The notes beneath the pieces are model-generated. The model did no database searches and had not been told where the DNA came from. It saw only the letters and a program-made list of their open reading frames with translations. Source: Macrostomum lignano (lineage: Eukaryota). Taken from it: a stretch of 64,000 bases of DNA. The position numbers and the translations under genes were made by a program. Shown here one piece after another: positions 60,436-64,000 of the stretch (positions are counted from its first letter, which is position 1; every line of letters begins with the position of its first letter). The stretch spans positions 310,001-374,000 of the forward strand of contig NIVC01000022.1 of assembly GCA_002269645.1 (NCBI GenBank), in the 5' to 3' direction.

Positions 60436-62294
60436 GCTGGACTCCAAGAGTGTCAGCAATACCTCCAGAGGGTCCCGTTGGAATTCAGCAGGGTAAATGC
60501 TAATTAGGTTGCTGAATCATCTAATAGGTGCAGGAAACAGAAACAAGTGTTGCACACAAGGGTAAACTCCTGTCTGAACTGCTATATTTGTCAGACTTTT
60601 ATAGTTTGTGCTACTTTGACTTATTATTATCTAGATTCAATAGTCTTGGACATAGTTGGAAAAGATAATATAAAAATCCTACTTGATTTATTTCCAAAGT
60701 AACTTTAAAGTTGTTTTATCAAAAGGTTTTGCTTTAACTATTAGTTGCAGCTAAGACTATGGTTAACAAAGATGCTCTTTCAACATATTGTTTTTAATTT
60801 GCTATATGCATATAGAAAAAATAGCATTTTGCCTATAAATGTTTGAATAAATAACAAGTGGTACAAAAACAGAGTAAAATATAAGGGCAAATAGCCCAAT
60901 GCCAAGTAAAATGGAATTCCTAGGAAATTAAGGCATATTACCTTAGAAAAATAAGTATGATGCATCAATAAGTCATAATAGATCATAAATCCACAAAGGA
61001 AAATAAGCTAAGAACCTCTTGATCTTTATGATTCTTTAGTAATGCCATTTTGGGAAATGTATTATATTGACAATAGGCCCCTAGCTTATCAACTTGGGTC
61101 TTGGGGGAGGCAAGCAAATTTTTCCCAAAAAGAGCCACCACTTTACCTTCCTCCCCTGGGTTTTTAACCTCAAAAATCTGCCCCCATCAACAAATTTCTA
61201 GTTGCACTACTAAAGAAAAACTTAACAACTTGACAACAAAACTAGAATAACATAGAAGAAAAAATAGGCCTACAACAATTAGATATATAACAATATATAG
61301 TTGTTGTCATTTATGCCTATTTAATATTTGTCAAACACTAAAGACTTCTGAATTGACTTACTTTGAGCAAACCTTAACATATAATGTTAGAGCTTGTAGG
61401 CATATTTGCCAGATCTATAATGTTAAGCACAATGCATTATGGCTTTCAATTTAGACAATAAAGAAATGCCTATTATTTTTAGGTCCATAGATTTTAATAG
61501 ATTCGATATTAGGGATATTGTTACCTTGTGTTAAGATAAGAACATAGTTGCTATAGATAGTATAGGTAGGCCTAGTTATCCCCTTTCTTAGAAAAGTTTA
61601 ATAGAATTAGAGCAGTACCAATGCATTATGCTAAAATCTTACAAATGCATATTATTAAGCTTATTATTGTTAGGGGTATTGTCCCCACTTCCTACACTGT
61701 TACTAGGTGATATATCAAATTAGGTCATTTATCTATCCATTTATTTAATAGATTATTGTCCATTGACAAATTGGTAATTGAATATCTCAAAATACTAAAA
61801 CTGACACGATGTTTGTATGTATATGTGCATATGTGTGTTTGATGACATTGATATATAGGTCTATATATATAAAATTAAAAATAATTTTAAATGATATCTA
61901 GAATTTTTTTTATTATTTTTAGATAGGCCCTATTCATTCTTCATATTTCTAATATAGATAATAGCTGGCAACATCTTGTCTTGTGCACCACCATAGTTTG
62001 GAAGGCAATGTGTATACTAGGATTTCCTAGCATACAATAAGGGTTTTACCATTTTTTAATATACATCAAGGTATATCCTGGCATATATAAATAGCAGCTA
62101 AATTGTATTAAATGACAATTTTTGTATTGGCACACAAACCTAGCATACAAACAAGGTCTTGCCATTTTTTCTGGCATTAAACCCAGACCCAGCATATATA
62201 CAATTAACATAAATATATGATCCAAACTATGACCTGGTAGAACAGCACGCTTGATAATGAGAAGTAAAAGAAAGGAGATTGCGAGCATTTTCAT

Positions 62295-62338
62295 TAGAAC
62301 GACATGTTTCGCCTAACTTTAGGCATCATCGGGCAGAT
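62295..62338 (-). ncRNA. Degenerate minimal hammerhead ribozyme motif of Penelope-like-element type
   Basis: The - strand reads CCGATGA T GCCTA-AAGT-TAGGC GAAA C-AT-GTC G. It has the core, a 5-bp stem II, a palindromic ACATGT stem III and a GUC cleavage triplet. U4 is replaced by C and stem I is very short. Confidence 0.5.
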
Positions 62339-62459
62339 TGGAATTTATTTAATTTAAGTCAAAACGAAGAGTATAAATACATTTCAGTGGCAGATAGTCA
62401 GTGATGCACAAGATTGTAATAACAAAACACGGGGGGAGTCAACAGATCAAAACCGAGAC

Positions 62460-62494
<35 letters not shown>

Positions 62495-64000
62495 AAAAGA
62501 GAGAGAGAAAGAGCCGGGTAGTGGGTGTACGTTTAGAACACTCTCAGGAGAGCATCGGCCCCGGAATAACCCAACTGTTTATTTAAAGTTGGTTGCCAGT
62601 TTTTAATGTACATAGCTTCAATAATCTTAAGGCGATGATCGATATTGCAACTGTGTATGATAGTAAACTATGACCTGTACTGCCTAGGCCTATGCACCTT
62701 CCCCTAAATCTGCCAAATGACTGATTAAAAATGAATTTGTAATCTTATCACTATCATTCTCATTTCCATTATAACTTAGGCCTAGGCCTATATTAGGACT
62801 ATAATATTTATGTTATATAATATTTTGTGGTAGTAATAGACAAAGTCAAAAATAACTGTCAATAGGCCCAACCCTTAAGGCCTAGGCAGGCTTAGCTTGA
62901 AAAGGAACTAAATAACATGTAGCTTAAGCATAGGCTCTAAGGTGGAAGGCCTAAGGGTTTGTTGGCATTAGGGGAATGCCAGTTTTAGGCAGTTGATATA
63001 CTGTTATACATTTGTACATTTGTGCAATTATTAGGGCCTTTTTAGTTAAAATAGGCCTAAGGAATTAAATAGATCTATGACTATGTACTATATATATAGA
63101 TATTATAATTTAATTATTAATTTACTATATTTTATTTAAAATTATTAATATAAGTTTAATGACCATAAGCTAATGCATGGTTTTAAACTTTAATTAGGCC
63201 TAACTATTTTGAGAGAGAGGTTTTGACGTTTGAGTTTATTTTCTCGAGTCAAACCCAATTTAATATAAAAAACTGCAAGTATGAGAGGTTTCCTTTCAAT
63301 TTTCAGTCATTTACACAAACTAAACCATTAAATTAAAACTATAACACAACATAGTGTACAAATTATCCGTATTATTATAACTTGATACCCATATTATGGC
63401 GCCGCCATCACCATAATTTCTGCACACCCAAATTTAAAAAGCTGGTGCTGGCCAGATATAGTGTAAACTTTTAATTGTAAGTCCTTAAAGGTACGATGTC
63501 CATTAAAACATAAAAAACTTTGAGTGTTTATTATATCATTTAGTTTGCAGATAAATTCGCAAAGTAAAAAATAAAATGTGTTATTCTGTGTTACGAAATT
63601 TAAATAAAATATAGATGAGAAATCAAGTACGACGTAATCAGTGGTATCTCCGATATCTCTCACCTGCTGCCGCACCTTACTCGCGCGCGCATATATAACG
63701 TAAAAATCGAACACAAATGGTTTGTTTTTTTGGCCCAAGGGTAGCTAGCCCCTATCCATGAATATGAATATGATTTACAGTCGTAGCTAATTAATTTCCT
63801 GTAACTCCCCATACTTCCCAAGTTCCCATAACATTTAAATTTAATGATGTTGAATCCAATCCAATGGCAACAGTTCTTCGATCATGCGTGTATTAATAAT
63901 GAAATAAAGAGTGACATCACTATAGTTTTGCTTACCTAACCCACCTAATTTAGGCTGAATATCACTATTAGACTATTCACTGATTCATTGACATTGTCAT

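Overview
This is eukaryotic animal DNA, not prokaryotic. It has GC/Ala-rich spliceosomal exons separated by AT-rich introns packed with locus-specific minisatellites; the style suggests a flatworm such as Macrostomum (inference only). I reconstructed nine genes by hand, checking GT-AG boundaries and reading-frame phase. Four lie on the + strand left of ~39 kb: MAP7/ensconsin-like, KRTCAP2, PCCB and an ARM-TIR-SAM protein. Five lie on the - strand to the right: a PHD-RING-RING protein with a ~430-aa acidic tail, an intronless divergent alpha-tubulin, an 85-aa signal-peptide/TM microprotein, a two-C2HC zinc-finger protein and an uncharacterised EF-hand-like protein. Mobile DNA includes a mariner MITE with ~255-bp TIRs, a CACTA-ended foldback MITE, a tRNA-CORE SINE, a hAT-end fragment, a decayed Ty3/Gypsy element lacking integrase, and a Penelope-type hammerhead remnant. 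Most long ORFs in the supplied track are repeat artefacts. The best leads are the ARM-TIR-SAM gene with an intact candidate catalytic Glu, two convergent co-oriented gene trains with acceptor-like AGs next to start codons (possible SL trans-splicing/operons), the acidic-tail E3 ligase, the microprotein, the divergent tubulin and an 80-bp CCAAT array. Array boundaries and copy numbers are approximate hand estimates; no database searches were run.
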